A stretch of 62,441 nucleotides of DNA, the filler included, from Collodictyon triciliatum (taxonomy: Eukaryota): the NCBI GenBank assembly GCA_043381765.1. It is 8 parts of 7 records of this genome, joined end to end, with 100 filler letters (N's around TTAATTAATTAA, not from the genome) between each part and the next. Parts side by side here need not be neighbours in the genome. Positions count along the whole stretch, not along the records: positions 49,381 to 59,536 come from JBHJMP010002777.1; positions 59,637 to 62,441 come from JBHJMP010002803.1; 6 more parts are not named here. One strand, written 5' to 3'. The notes under the pieces were generated by a model that saw only the letters and a program-made list of their open reading frames with translations, ran no database searches and was not told where the DNA came from. This document shows positions 51,744-62,441 of the stretch, in pieces. The translations under genes were made by a program, and so were the position numbers. Numbering within the stretch: the first letter of the stretch is position 1; each line of letters opens with the position of its first letter.

Positions 51744-54700
51744 GGACAAAAATACCTCTTCTCCTACGAGACTGAGAACTTCTGGAAACAAAGTCCTCAT
51801 AATCCTCATCGCCATCCTCTGACCCAGCCCCGCTGAAAAGGAAAAAGAGTAAAATGATGAAAATTGATTAACATTACAATGTCCATGTTACGTCGAGGAC
51901 GAACTCTAAGAAAAAAAAACATATTTTCAATGCATATAATTGCCAATTAGGCGAAAAATATCTTCTTTTTTTTTATAAAAAAAGTGTACCCAGACTCATC
52001 ATCGCTGTTGGCCTTCTTTCTTTTCTTCGTTTTCTTAGACTAAAATCCGTTCATTCATAAATTAAAAACAGAGAAATTGATACGATTGCATGTCAAGAAC
52101 GTTAGCGATGTATAATACAAAATAACAAAACAAAGAAGTGTAATTTTTATTTTTTTTTCTCATTCAGATTCCAATTCTCAAATAGCATCACATGAAAACA
52201 TGTTCGTACCTTGGGAGGAGCCCTTTTCAGAGGTGCAGGTGCTGACAATGTCGCCCTTTCCACGGATGTTTCGTCTGCCTTTGGCTTCCGCGTTCTGGGT
52301 GCCTGTTTCTTTTCTGAAGCTGGTCGCTTTTTCGCCACAGCCGCAGAGGACGATGTTGGTGAAAGAACTTCTCCTGTACTTGACATCGTCCCAGTCGAAA
52401 CTGGAGCCTCCGCTGATAGATGGTCGCCCATCTAATAATGTGTTTAAACCATTTCTTCATTCAAATTCACCGTCTGCTCTTCTTAAACAGAAAGTAAAAA
52501 CCATTCTAATCCCGAGACAAAATTCTCGAAAATTATTTGAAAGGAAAGAATGAACTCTTATGCACATAGTCATAAAAAATAATATTTTTTTTAGATTTTT
52601 GGGGATTGTTGGATTATTTCGTTCATTAATATTTTTGGTTGAACATCTTGTTCTCTATAGACAATATATTTTTCTGTAACACATGGTCGAAAAAAATATT
52701 GAGTATCATTACCGAATCCTGTGCACCTTCGTCTGTTCATAAAATGTGTCACAAGTTAGCGAATTACTGGATAGTATTTCATAAATTTGCGCGCTTATAT
52801 AAAAATATCCAAACATGCGCAAACATGAAGATAAAAAAAAAAAATACAGTTTCCTTCCGAAAGTGAAAGTGAGGGGGGTGTTTCAAAAAAAAAAATCTTC
52901 TTGTTGAAATGCCCTTCCCATTATGTTAAACTATATATTGGGAGAAAAAATCAACCTTCTCCGCCGACTCTGCGCCTCTTGGCTGGCCCATTCGAGAACA
53001 TAAAGTGCAGCTTTCCATCTAAAAGATTAAATGATTGAAATATGCTCATACAATAATAAATAAACATGACTGATTCTAAATATGTACACAGATACAGCTC
53101 ACTAAGAAAGAGGGGTAAAAAAAAAAAATCAAACCAGGCCCAAAGACATAGTTTTCATCTTTAACTTCGCCGTTCAATATAAGCTGTCTGGAAATTAGAA
53201 AAGATTTGATAGAAACTCATATATTCTACTGTTTGTTTGGAAAAAATAAATTAAAATAGCGATCTGCCAGAGTATTTCCTTTCATTATGTTCTAGTTAAA
53301 GGCTGAAGCCTTTTTCTATAATTCACAAGACTCAACGGCGACGATTATTGGAAGAGAAACTACTCTTAATATCATAAGGCATACAAACCTATAATAATTA
53401 GCACATTGATACCCCACACGCCCGGGAATGAGCATGGAAAATATTCCCCATTGTCCATTGATTCCTATTTCCTTCATCCTGTCAAAAAACATCTTCTTTT
53501 CACTGGGTGTCCATTTTCCGTTTCTTTGGGATTCTCCAGGGGCATTGAATCGATAGTAGTAAGAGTTTGGATTGTCTTTTATACACTTGTTGTAGAGAAT
53601 TGGAATGAATTAAGAAAATCACAAATCGAGTAATATAATGTATATTTTTTTTTATTGTTTGTTATGCGACATCAGAGATATATTGGTCATATTTTTTTTG
53701 AGTGTATAGTATATGCAAGCACATACGTTATATGCCCGAATTCTGGCTGATGACCAACCATCAAAGTTACCACTCTTGAGAGCGTCATCAAGACGTAACC
53801 GAGTGGTAATATACCTGGTGTGTGAAAAATAGAATTTTAAAAAAATAAAGATAGAGAAAAGAGGTTAAAAAAATAAACAAGGGTTGTATTTTATGGAATT
53901 TAGTGGGGTCAGAGACCTCATGGTGATTATGTGCTATGTGAATATATATATTTAGACACATTTTAAATCAAATTAATGATAACAGCAACAAAAAGGCAAA
54001 GGCATAAACATCAGAACACAGACCCAGACACAGAAATGTTACTCCTCGAGCTTCCTTTCGAAGATATTCGTTTCTTGATTACTTTGGCCTGGACAGATAC
54101 GATAGGCACTGGTTCAGGGATTTTGACCCTAACGTTTATTTATTATGATTATTATTACTGGTTTGGATTGTAATATGTCAAAAGTATAATTTTCAAATCA
54201 AATGGGTGAATTTTCGATAGTTTACTTGCGTATTAAGATCATAAAACGAAAAATAAACGACATTAGTGCATATTAGTGGTATGAAAAGTGCATACTTCAC
54301 TACAGCGATTTTCTTTCGGAGTGAGTGAAGGAAGTTGATTGGGTCGGTTGCAAGTTGCTCAATAATCTCATCCTTTTCATTTGAGAAAAGAGTTAAGCGT
54401 TACAGTTTTGGACTGTTACAGTTTTTTCACTAATAAATGATTCAGTTGTTCAAAAATATGCAAATGATTTATGGAAGCAATTGTTTTTCTTGGATATCAA
54501 GTACTTCAAATCCAAGTAGATTACACGAATGGAACAGATAATAGAGCTAAAATGTGTGCAAATATTGATGAAATATGTTAGATCAAGTTCTACCTCGTGA
54601 TTGTCGCATATTGTCTTGAGAGCAAATGCACATTCGTGTTCCCGCATATACGGATGCATCTTTAGTTGAAAAGGAAAACCATGTCTCAGAACAAATAAAC

Positions 54701-54975
54701 TTCATAGTGAAATGAATTATAAAACAAAATTAAATAGGAGTGATATTTATTTCATTTAATTTCTGCCTGTGGATGAGAACACTCCTCTTTATACCACAAG
54801 CAACATTCGTTTGAATGGTTTTGTTAACTGGGCTTAAGGTCATGAATTATCTGGCATTAAGATGTGTTTTCGTGGATGTATTACCTCCCTAATCTGCCTG
54901 ATTTTCATCGTTAGCTCGCGTTTTTCGAATTCTGCAAAGTTCCTTTGCATCAACTGAGTGCGCTTCTGAATGATT
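51045..54975 (-). CDS. Myb-like DNA-binding domain protein with C-terminal U-box/RING-like domain, multi-exon; 5' end uncertain
   Basis: WSSARIRAY...NPNSYYYRFNAPGESQRNGKWTPSEKKMFFDRMKEIGINGQWGIFSMLIPGRVGYQCANYYR (about 53390-53600), and NPLPDFVDPFTLEIVIKPAISPFGHVAG|YDGWVKAL...CPFTKKPLHLRELVKLTHENIEQHRDKII with stop at 51045-51047. Confidence 0.85.
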
Positions 54976-55697
54976 TTCTATCCAACCAAAAAAAAAAAAA
55001 AAAAAAAGAAAAGAAAAAACTCAGTTTAATGAAAAAAAATCTCTTCAGTAATGTTTTTGCTCAAGGAGAGTATAGATACATAGCATANNNNNNNNNNNNN
55101 NNNNNNNNNNNNNNNNNNNNNNNNNNNNNNNNNNNNNNNNNNNNNNNNNNNNNNNNNNNNNNNNNNNNNNNNNNNNNNNNNNNNNNNNNNNNNNNNNNNN
55201 NNNNNNNNNNNNNNNNNNNNNNNNNNNNNNNNNNNNNNNNNNNNNNNNNNNNNNNNNNNNNNNNNNNNNNNNNNNNNNNNNNNNNNNNNNNNNNNNNNNN
55301 NNNNNNNNNNNNNNNNNNNNNNNNNNNNNNNNNNNNNNNNNNNNNNNNNNNNNNNNNNNNNNNNNNNNNNNNNNNNNNNNNNNNNNNNNNNNNNNNNNNN
55401 NNNNNNNNNNNNNNNNNNNNNNNNNNNNNNNNNNNNNNNNNNNNNNNNNNNNNNNNNNNNNNNNNNNNNNNNNNNNNNNNNNNNNNNNNNNNNNNNNNNN
55501 NNNNNNNNNNNNNNNNNNNNNNNNNNNNNNNNNNNNNNNNNNNNNNNNNNNNNNNNNNNNNNNNNNNNNNNNNNNNNNNNNNNNNNNNNNNNNNNNNNNN
55601 NNNNNNNNNNNNNNNNATACATACATACATACATACATACATACATACATACATACATACATACATACATACATACATACATACATACATACATACA

Positions 55698-55728
<31 letters not shown>

Positions 55729-55980
55729 GAGAAGAACAGTTGAATTATATATGAAAAGGAGCAACATTCGTGTATTAGGAATTACTAGGGGTGCCTTTGC
55801 GACGAAGGAAGTCCGTTTGTTTTGGTGGAAGGCTTGGCAATTGGGGCAAACTTACCTATGGATAGAGTCGAGACAAAATAAGACAAAATAAGACAAAATA
55901 AAATAAGTCAGATAAAACAACGCAGAACCTATGAGAACATTACTGAACAGAACATATTGCCAACAATACAAAATACTCAC

Positions 55981-56400
55981 TTTCTTGGGGGTGTTTCCAG
56001 AGGGTGCCGAGACAAAGACATAGGCATACGCGATGTTTTCAGCTGGAATCATCCAAAGCCCACCTGCATCCTTTTCAAATGTGGAGATCGGCGGAGGCGG
56101 AATCGTCATAGGATCGATAACGATCTTCTTCTTTTTCGCGGTAGGACGCTGCATTATCCTCGAGTGTTTGTTTCTATGAACTGCAAGGCTTTCATTGGTC
56201 TCGTTTACTGGGCTTTTTATTTTAATTTTTATTATTATTATTGTTGTTGTTGTTGTTTGTGTGTTTGTATTTGTCTGCCTTTTTTTTTCGGGCTTCTTCT
56301 CTTTACCACAGCTTCTGCCTCAAGTCCTTGCTTTTCCATCGTGCTGCTGCCAAAAACATTCTCTGCAGGCGTGATGTTTTGTGACTTGATTTGATCGTTG
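55981..56400 (-). CDS. Probable exons, possibly the 5' part of the Myb/U-box gene
   Basis: Open segment ...MQRPTAKKKKIVIDPMTIPPPP...GNTPKK ends at a GTGAGT donor; same strand as the Myb gene but separated from it by an N gap. Confidence 0.4.
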
Positions 56401-56517
56401 GTACTTTCTATATGTGGAAATGATGATTTTTATTAATGCATTTTTAATTACTATCATAATAGTTTTTGATTATACTCGCTCTTCGATTTTATCAAATCAC
56501 GCAAGCTAATGAATGTT

Positions 56518-57318
56518 TGGCTTTAGTTCGGTAGCCATCGTTTGCATGGACGCTACTTGGTGGCCGGGTGGCGGAGAAGCAGTCGGTAATCAGGAATCGC
56601 ATCCTGCGGTTTGGCCTGTAGCCTGAGTCTTGTGCTTGCATGAGAGATACAAGGCGAGGTTTAATATCCTTCTCTGCCTCTTTCCACATGTCTCTTCTCA
56701 CAGGGTCGGAGTAGTAGAAAACGTGCAGGTGGCGAAGGAAGCTGTTGAGGAAAGAGATTTGTATGATGTCATCCAGCCTGTTATTAGGAATGGGTGGCTG
56801 GTTGTTGAGTCTTGCTTTGCGTGAATATATGCGTGCTATCCACATAGTCCATAGCAAATGGCCTCGCGTCACTGCCTAGAAAGTTTTTGCCCAAATATTA
56901 TACCCAGGTATCTGAGTGCGTGGTTTGGGTATTTCCAGTCGATGTTTTCTGGTAGGATTCCACCATCCTGTAGGCCGAATAGGATACCGTCTGTTTTGTT
57001 GAAGTTGATTTTACCTCCGACTGCAAGTGTGTATTCTTGCATGCACTTATTTGCCAGGATGGCGCCTTCAGGGGAGCGAAGGATGAAGGCTGTATCGTCG
57101 GCATATTGCAGGAGGAACTGGTTGCGGATTTTGTTGTTGTTTCTGAAGTGGATTGCAAGGCAGTCGGCGACAAAGTTAAAGAGAAGCGGCGCCAGAGGGC
57201 AGCCTTGGTAGACGCCACTTTGTGTCTGGATTATGTCAGTAGGGCCGTGTGCAGTCAGAACCCTAGTTGCGGCGTTGTCGTGTAGCTTCTTGATAAGTGT
57301 GGTGAACTTTGAAAACAT
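56518..57318 (-). mobile_element. 5'-truncated, internally deleted L1-clade LINE copy (partial reverse transcriptase fused to the ORF2 tail)
   Basis: RT motifs GVYQGCPLAPLLFN, QYADD, GGKINFNKT and YLGI, joined out of frame at about 56872-56892 to the C-terminal segment homologous to 130..510. Confidence 0.9.
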
Positions 57319-57487
57319 GCGCCGTTTCAGTATTCAGAGTACGCACGGAATAATGACCGTGCGAGTGACGACAAAAAGAGATGAAAAAAAAAAAAAAAAA
57401 CATGGTTGTCGGTCTTGGTATTCACCCCTTTTTCTTTCTCGTTGAATTCTGTTTGACGCGATTTTATTACGACAGCAAAGTCTGGGG

Positions 57488-59296
57488 TCACTTTTCCTTT
57501 TTGACCGAGCTCTTTTGATGACCTTTAAATCGAGCTCTCTGGGTTACAGACCCACTGATGGAGGTTGGGTCATACACCAAACTTGATGCCAACTCTCGAC
57601 ATTGGCCCCCTCTTCCTCTTCCGCGTCCACTTGTACCTCCTGCTGTCACCCCGCTTCTGCCTCTTCCTCTTCCTCTCATTCTCACCCATCCTCTTCCTCT
57701 CCCTCTTCCAAAGAATCGGCCTTTTGATATTGGTTTATCCCCTCCTGTTCGTTTGGCCACAGCGTCAGCTTCCCTATTTTCACGACGTTCTTTTACCCTG
57801 CTCATCAAGTCTTCAACAAACTTTTCCTCTGCTCTTACACGCTTTGCTGATACTCGGTCTTTTTGGAATTGTCGGTTAAATTCACTTGCAGATTGTAGTC
57901 TGTTGATGGGTGTGAAGAACTGGAAGGCATCCACACTGCTGTCATCCTCATCTCCCTGAGGACATTCATTTTTATAATCCCCTTTTTCTTTTCCATTTTG
58001 TGGGTTCTTTCCATAATTTTCGCCAAGCTTATTTTGGTGTTGTTTATGCACTGGATTGTTGTTATCTTTCTCGTAGCCATATTCATCAAATTGATTATCT
58101 TGATCATCAAAACTCCTGTCGAAATAATTGTCGAAATCGCTGCCCACATCGCCCTCTTCATTCTCTTCTTCATCTTCATCTTCATCGTCGATGTATTCGA
58201 TTTCATTTTCAGCACCTTCGTATTGGATATGTGATTCATTATATCGAATGCCTTCATAAGTGTCGGGGTCAGACATTATCCCGTTAACTTCGCTGCAATG
58301 ACCATTTTCTACGTTTTCTTCTTCATCCCATGGCCTTGTATCTACAACATTTGTATTGTTGGAGATTAAGTGAGACTCATCGGGCTTGAGAATTGAAGGG
58401 TCATTTAATCTCATGCAGTCGGACGGCATTGGGGTTTCTGGGATAGGACTGTCGTTGTCAGAGGAGTCAGAGGATATAAGTGTTATAACATCTGCAAGCC
58501 GGTTACCATCAATGACTGATATTGTAGGAGCCTTTATCCTTCCCGATGGCACTGCGGTGGAGGGTGGTGATATAATTAGAATTGGGTCCTGGCTGTCATG
58601 AGTGATTGAGTCTCTATCTTCCTCATCGTCGATGTAAAACGGCTCGGTCTTTGTGGATACTGACGACTCGCCCTTTTCAGTCACCCGAGAATCCTTCATG
58701 TTCTTTGTCTGCTTCAGGGCTGCTGATCTATCAACAGCTCTATTCAATCCATCCAAGGCTGCTTGTGGCTCGGGCGGACTTGTTAGAGATACATCGACCG
58801 GGCTGTCTGCCAGTTGATCACAGGAGTTCTGCCCTGTTGGTTTTTGGGTAAGGAAACGAAGTATCGACCCTTTATTTTCTCTCGGGTCATCTGGGCCATG
58901 ACTTGCGCGGCTGTGTGATGTCTTTTGGTGAGCTCTCCTTGCTTTGCTGCCTTCGCCGGGCTTTGTGTCGGCTTTAGGCTGACCCAGGAATGTCGTAGCT
59001 CCTGTGTGTGTTCTGGCCTGGTTTGGATGAGATATGGTGACTCTTGTGTTTGTTAAGCAGGGAGCGCATGGGCAGGTGTGATAGCACGCATAGAGCTCTT
59101 CTTTTTCGACGGGGCGTGTGTGAGGATCTTGTGCATGAGGGCGTTTGTTTGTAGGTGTTACCGATTCTGTTGGCTCGATGAAAAAGTCCTCGTCTTCGTC
59201 CGCCTGTGGAGAGCTGCTTTTTCTTATGAGGCGGCGTGGGAGTGAGCAGGCTGCCTCTGGGCCCGATAGACTCTGGCACGATCTTTTCTCTGTCAT
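57488..59296 (-). CDS. Hypothetical largely disordered protein with a small Cys/His cluster, an acidic tract and a C-terminal RG/RGG-rich region
   Basis: Uninterrupted 602-codon ORF containing CYHTCPCAPC, DDEDEDEEENEE and GRGRGRG tracts; no family recognised. Confidence 0.65.
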   Translation of the reverse strand: MTEKRSCQSLSGPEAACSLPRRLIRKSSSPQADEDEDFFIEPTESVTPTNKRPHAQDPHTRPVEKEELYACYHTCPCAPCLTNTRVTISHPNQARTHTGATTFLGQPKADTKPGEGSKARRAHQKTSHSRASHGPDDPRENKGSILRFLTQKPTGQNSCDQLADSPVDVSLTSPPEPQAALDGLNRAVDRSAALKQTKNMKDSRVTEKGESSVSTKTEPFYIDDEEDRDSITHDSQDPILIISPPSTAVPSGRIKAPTISVIDGNRLADVITLISSDSSDNDSPIPETPMPSDCMRLNDPSILKPDESHLISNNTNVVDTRPWDEEENVENGHCSEVNGIMSDPDTYEGIRYNESHIQYEGAENEIEYIDDEDEDEEENEEGDVGSDFDNYFDRSFDDQDNQFDEYGYEKDNNNPVHKQHQNKLGENYGKNPQNGKEKGDYKNECPQGDEDDSSVDAFQFFTPINRLQSASEFNRQFQKDRVSAKRVRAEEKFVEDLMSRVKERRENREADAVAKRTGGDKPISKGRFFGRGRGRGWVRMRGRGRGRSGVTAGGTSGRGRGRGGQCRELASSLVYDPTSISGSVTQRARFKGHQKSSVKKEK

Positions 59297-59441
59297 CTAG
59301 TGCACTGATTCAGACCTGGTTGCTTGGCCGTTCCTTTTTCCTTTTTCCTTTTTGATTTCATTTTGTTTCTTTTTGATTTCTTTTTGATTATTTTTTGACT
59401 TTAATATTTCATTTTCGTGTTTTTTGTTTTTTTGTATTTTT

Positions 59442-59536
<95 letters not shown>

Positions 59537-59771
59537 NNNNNNNNNNNNNNNNNNNNNNNNNNNNNNNNNNNNNNNNNNNNTTAATTAATTAANNNNNNNN
59601 NNNNNNNNNNNNNNNNNNNNNNNNNNNNNNNNNNNNAAAGAAAAAAGAAAAAAGAAAAAAGAAAAAAGAAAAAAGAAAAAAGAAAAAGAAAAAAGAAAAA
59701 AGAAAAAAGAAAAAAGAAAAAAGAAAAAAGAAAAAGAAAAAAGAAAAAAAGATTAAGATGGCAAACGAAAC

Positions 59772-60398
59772 CTGCAGTTAAAAACTTCAGGGGCATATGC
59801 TGTACGACCCATTAGCTCGCACATGGGCGCATACTCCAGGTTGGTCAAACCAGCGCCGTTATGATCCGGCAGAAAAAGATTCCACAGACCCTCAGCCTAG
59901 AGAACATCAAAGAAACACAAGGAGAGTGAGAAAGCATACTTTCGTGGAAGGCTCCGAAGAAAAGGATGGTCAGCTATATATAAAAAAAAGGACGAAAATC
60001 ACAGCACAACCACCCGTAGTTTAATAACTGAAGAATGGATAATGAATGAATGAATTAATAAATAAATAAATAAATATATAATGGTTAAGTAATACAAAAG
60101 CCCAATCTATCATTATCTTTAAAAAAATAACACAAATACAATAACAATGATAACAATAATAACAATGATAATAATAATAATAATAATAACAATAATAAAT
60201 AAATAAATAAATAAAAACAACCTTGGCCTTCGCTTGCAGCTCCTTCATGACAGGCGGCCATTCCCAGCGATTGCTGGAGTTGCGATCATGCTCGATGAAG
60301 AGCGGCTCTGCTGGGAAAACGTGTTCGTCCAGAAACACCTTCAGCTTCTCATACAGCGCCTTCGCGCGCGGTGACATGAGATGATCGTAAAGCTCCAT
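59772..60398 (-). CDS. Acyl-CoA dehydrogenase, ACAD10/ACAD11-like, first two exons (60398-60222, 59896-59772); truncated
   Basis: [31 protein letters not shown]...[22 protein letters not shown]...[28 protein letters not shown], the signature of this ACAD subfamily. Confidence 0.9.
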
Positions 60399-60472
60399 CC
60401 TTCTTGCCTTTCTTGATTTTGTGACGAGTTATTTCCATGCCTGAGAGGCTTGTCGATGTTGCACCGAAGGCA

Positions 60473-60509
<37 letters not shown>

Positions 60510-61129
60510 CAGAGTGATTTCCTTTTTTTTTTATATTTTTCTTTGACGAGGTCAACCAGTTCTTATAATCGGGAAGCGAATAAATACACTGCTTTGCGCG
60601 GGTTGAAGTGACGCAGTCGGATGACAACTTCACTTTCTCTTCTGCTTTTCTTTCTGTTCTCTTCTTTTTCTTCAATTTTCTCTCACACGCCGTTTCTTTG
60701 CTTGGAAATGCTTTATATGGTGCGGGTTTTCTGGCAAAGGCTTCGGAAACGCGGGCTGCTCTTGTGTTTGCACCGGCAGAGTAATGGCATATAAACAAGA
60801 GACCAATCGAATAGAAACGGATGATGGAAGGAAGAAAGACGGAGTGAGGATTGTAAAGAAAGTGGCACAAACAAAGACGGGATAGACGGAGAGAAGTGAT
60901 GAAAGAAAAGAAATAAAAGAAAAAGACAGGCAACAGCGCACAAAAGAAGGCACTTGTGGTTTATAAATGTCAGACTGCCACAACAAAGAATACTTATAAA
61001 ATGATAAAAAAAAATAATAATAATATAAAATGACCCTATTCTTCCACATCCTCGTTCTCACCCATTAGCTTTTTTTTCTTCCACTCCGATCGAGACATGC
61101 AGATAAGGGGCAACGGTGCAGAACAGAAC

Positions 61130-61332
61130 GAAAGATAGAAAGATATAAAGATAGAAAGAAAGATAGAAAGATAGAAAGATAGAAAAGGAAGATAGAAAAG
61201 AAAGATAGAAAAGGAAGAAAGATAGAAAGATAGAAAGATAGAAAGATAGAAAGATAGAAAGATAGAAAGATAGAAAGATAGAAAGATAGAAAGATAGAAA
61301 GATAGAAAGATAGAAAAGAAAAGAAAAGAAAA
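61130..61332. repeat. (AGATAGAA)n tandem repeat
   Basis: Direct 8-mer repeats downstream of the DENND4-like stop codon. Confidence 0.9.
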
Positions 61333-61354
61333 GAAGGGACATTGACTCGCATGC

Positions 61355-62299
61355 TCACAGCGCGATAAAGCCACCTTCTGGAGAGCCTTCGGGATGTGCG
61401 CTGGACGCTTCTGAGACTTCGTCAAAGACATCGGCCAGGTCGCGCCAATGAATGGTTGGGATGAGCACATCCAGCGGGAATTCGAGCCAGTTTGCAGCAA
61501 AGACTGCGTTCCAAAAGAGAACCGGCTCGCGCAGCATAAAGCGGTAAGCAGAGTCTGCACGGGAGATGGGCGATACGATGTAGTTGTCCACCTGCGAGAG
61601 GAGCGCAGGAAGCGGCAGCCACGGGATATGCGCGACCGAGTCCGTGGTTTCTGTAAAGGAGATTCCGCGCAGCAGAGAGTTTCGAGTCTGCTGTGTGGAG
61701 ATGCGGCGCTGGTCTGCGTCGTGAATTGGGGATATTCCGTTCGCAGGCAGGCTCGGCACGTTGGCGATGACCTCTTGTGTGTGGCCCATCTGCAGGGCAA
61801 TCAGTTGGCTTCTAACATGCAGTGAGGCGTTGAACGTGGCCGAGCACTTTGGGCAGAGCGTCGCAATTGTGTACGGGTCGGGCGACCATTGCGCACCCAG
61901 CTGGGCCAAAGGCAGGACGCTTTTGCAGGCTGTGCAGGCCAGGAACGGTTCGATGGTAGAGTCCCGCATGATGAGCTCGTAGTCGCACGGAAGCCCCATG
62001 GCAAAGAGGAAGCCCTGTGCTTTGTAGTCGGGCAGGACAGAGAGGCGGGTTTGAAGGACAGCAACAAGCTCCTGCAAGGTTGCCCGTGATGTCGTGGAGC
62101 GGTGCTTTGAGGAGAGCGGGGCGCATGACACCAGCCGATTGTACTGCTCCAATGTAATGTCTTTGTTTTCTCGGAAGCGCTCCACAAGGATAAAGCCTCC
62201 AATGCTGGACCCCTGTGTGCTCAGATACATTCCAATGAGATGCACTGTGCTTGTGGATAGGTTTCGCCCGTGTGGGCCTCCAAGGAGCTTGATGATGGC
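61355..62299 (-). CDS. Terminal exon of a protein with a DENND4-like C-terminal domain
   Basis: CTACKSVL....GAQWSPDPYTIATLCPKC...F...L, IPWLPLPALL and EPVLFWNAV....LEFP parallel the DENND4 C-terminal motifs CxxC...AGW...TxCPFC, VPYLSPLV and HPIIFWNL..LP. CAG acceptor at 62300-62302. Confidence 0.65.
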   Translation of the reverse strand, partial: AIIKLLGGPHGRNLSTSTVHLIGMYLSTQGSSIGGFILVERFRENKDITLEQYNRLVSCAPLSSKHRSTTSRATLQELVAVLQTRLSVLPDYKAQGFLFAMGLPCDYELIMRDSTIEPFLACTACKSVLPLAQLGAQWSPDPYTIATLCPKCSATFNASLHVRSQLIALQMGHTQEVIANVPSLPANGISPIHDADQRRISTQQTRNSLLRGISFTETTDSVAHIPWLPLPALLSQVDNYIVSPISRADSAYRFMLREPVLFWNAVFAANWLEFPLDVLIPTIHWRDLADVFDEVSEASSAHPEGSPEGGFIAL

Positions 62300-62441
62300 C
62301 TGGTTGGTTGTGGGGCGATAGGTTACTCAAACATTGGGATTTGCATGGGTGAGATACTTTGCATTTTTCATTTCCAAAGGGGGGGGGGGGGGGGGTTTTT
62401 TGGGTTTTTTGGGGTTTTGGGGGGGGGGGAGAATAAAAAGA

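Noticed and set aside
62378-62430. G/T-rich run at the window end as a telomere
   Set aside because: It is irregular low-complexity sequence upstream of a splice acceptor, so probably intronic.

Overview
AT-rich, intron-rich, microsatellite-laden DNA from a unicellular eukaryote, probably an amorphean or opisthokont (fungal-like eL22 plus NELF-A; the taxon cannot be fixed from this window). It is not one contiguous locus: eight segments are joined by artificial 100-nt linkers (44 N + TTAATTAATTAA + 44 N). Five segments are about 10.16 kb, so adjacency across linkers is probably meaningless, except that segments 4 and 5 appear to be one split scaffold. Genes recognised by reading the sequence: an NLR-like NACHT-pentapeptide-WD40-Sel1 gene; an XK-like fragment; RPL22; a tandem calponin-homology protein; NELF-A; a Cys-rich GCC2/GCC3 multi-TM ORF; two paralogous large Kelch-CUB-Cys-rich receptor genes, one ending in a TM helix plus pseudokinase; a Myb-like/U-box gene; an ACAD10/11-like gene; and a DENND4-like C-terminus. 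Mobile DNA: three fragments of one L1-clade LINE family and a probable degenerate KDZ transposon. The best novelty candidates are the Kelch-CUB receptor-pseudokinase family and the NLR-like gene with hypervariable WD40 blades. All domain calls are by eye and need HMM confirmation; spliced-gene boundaries are inferred.
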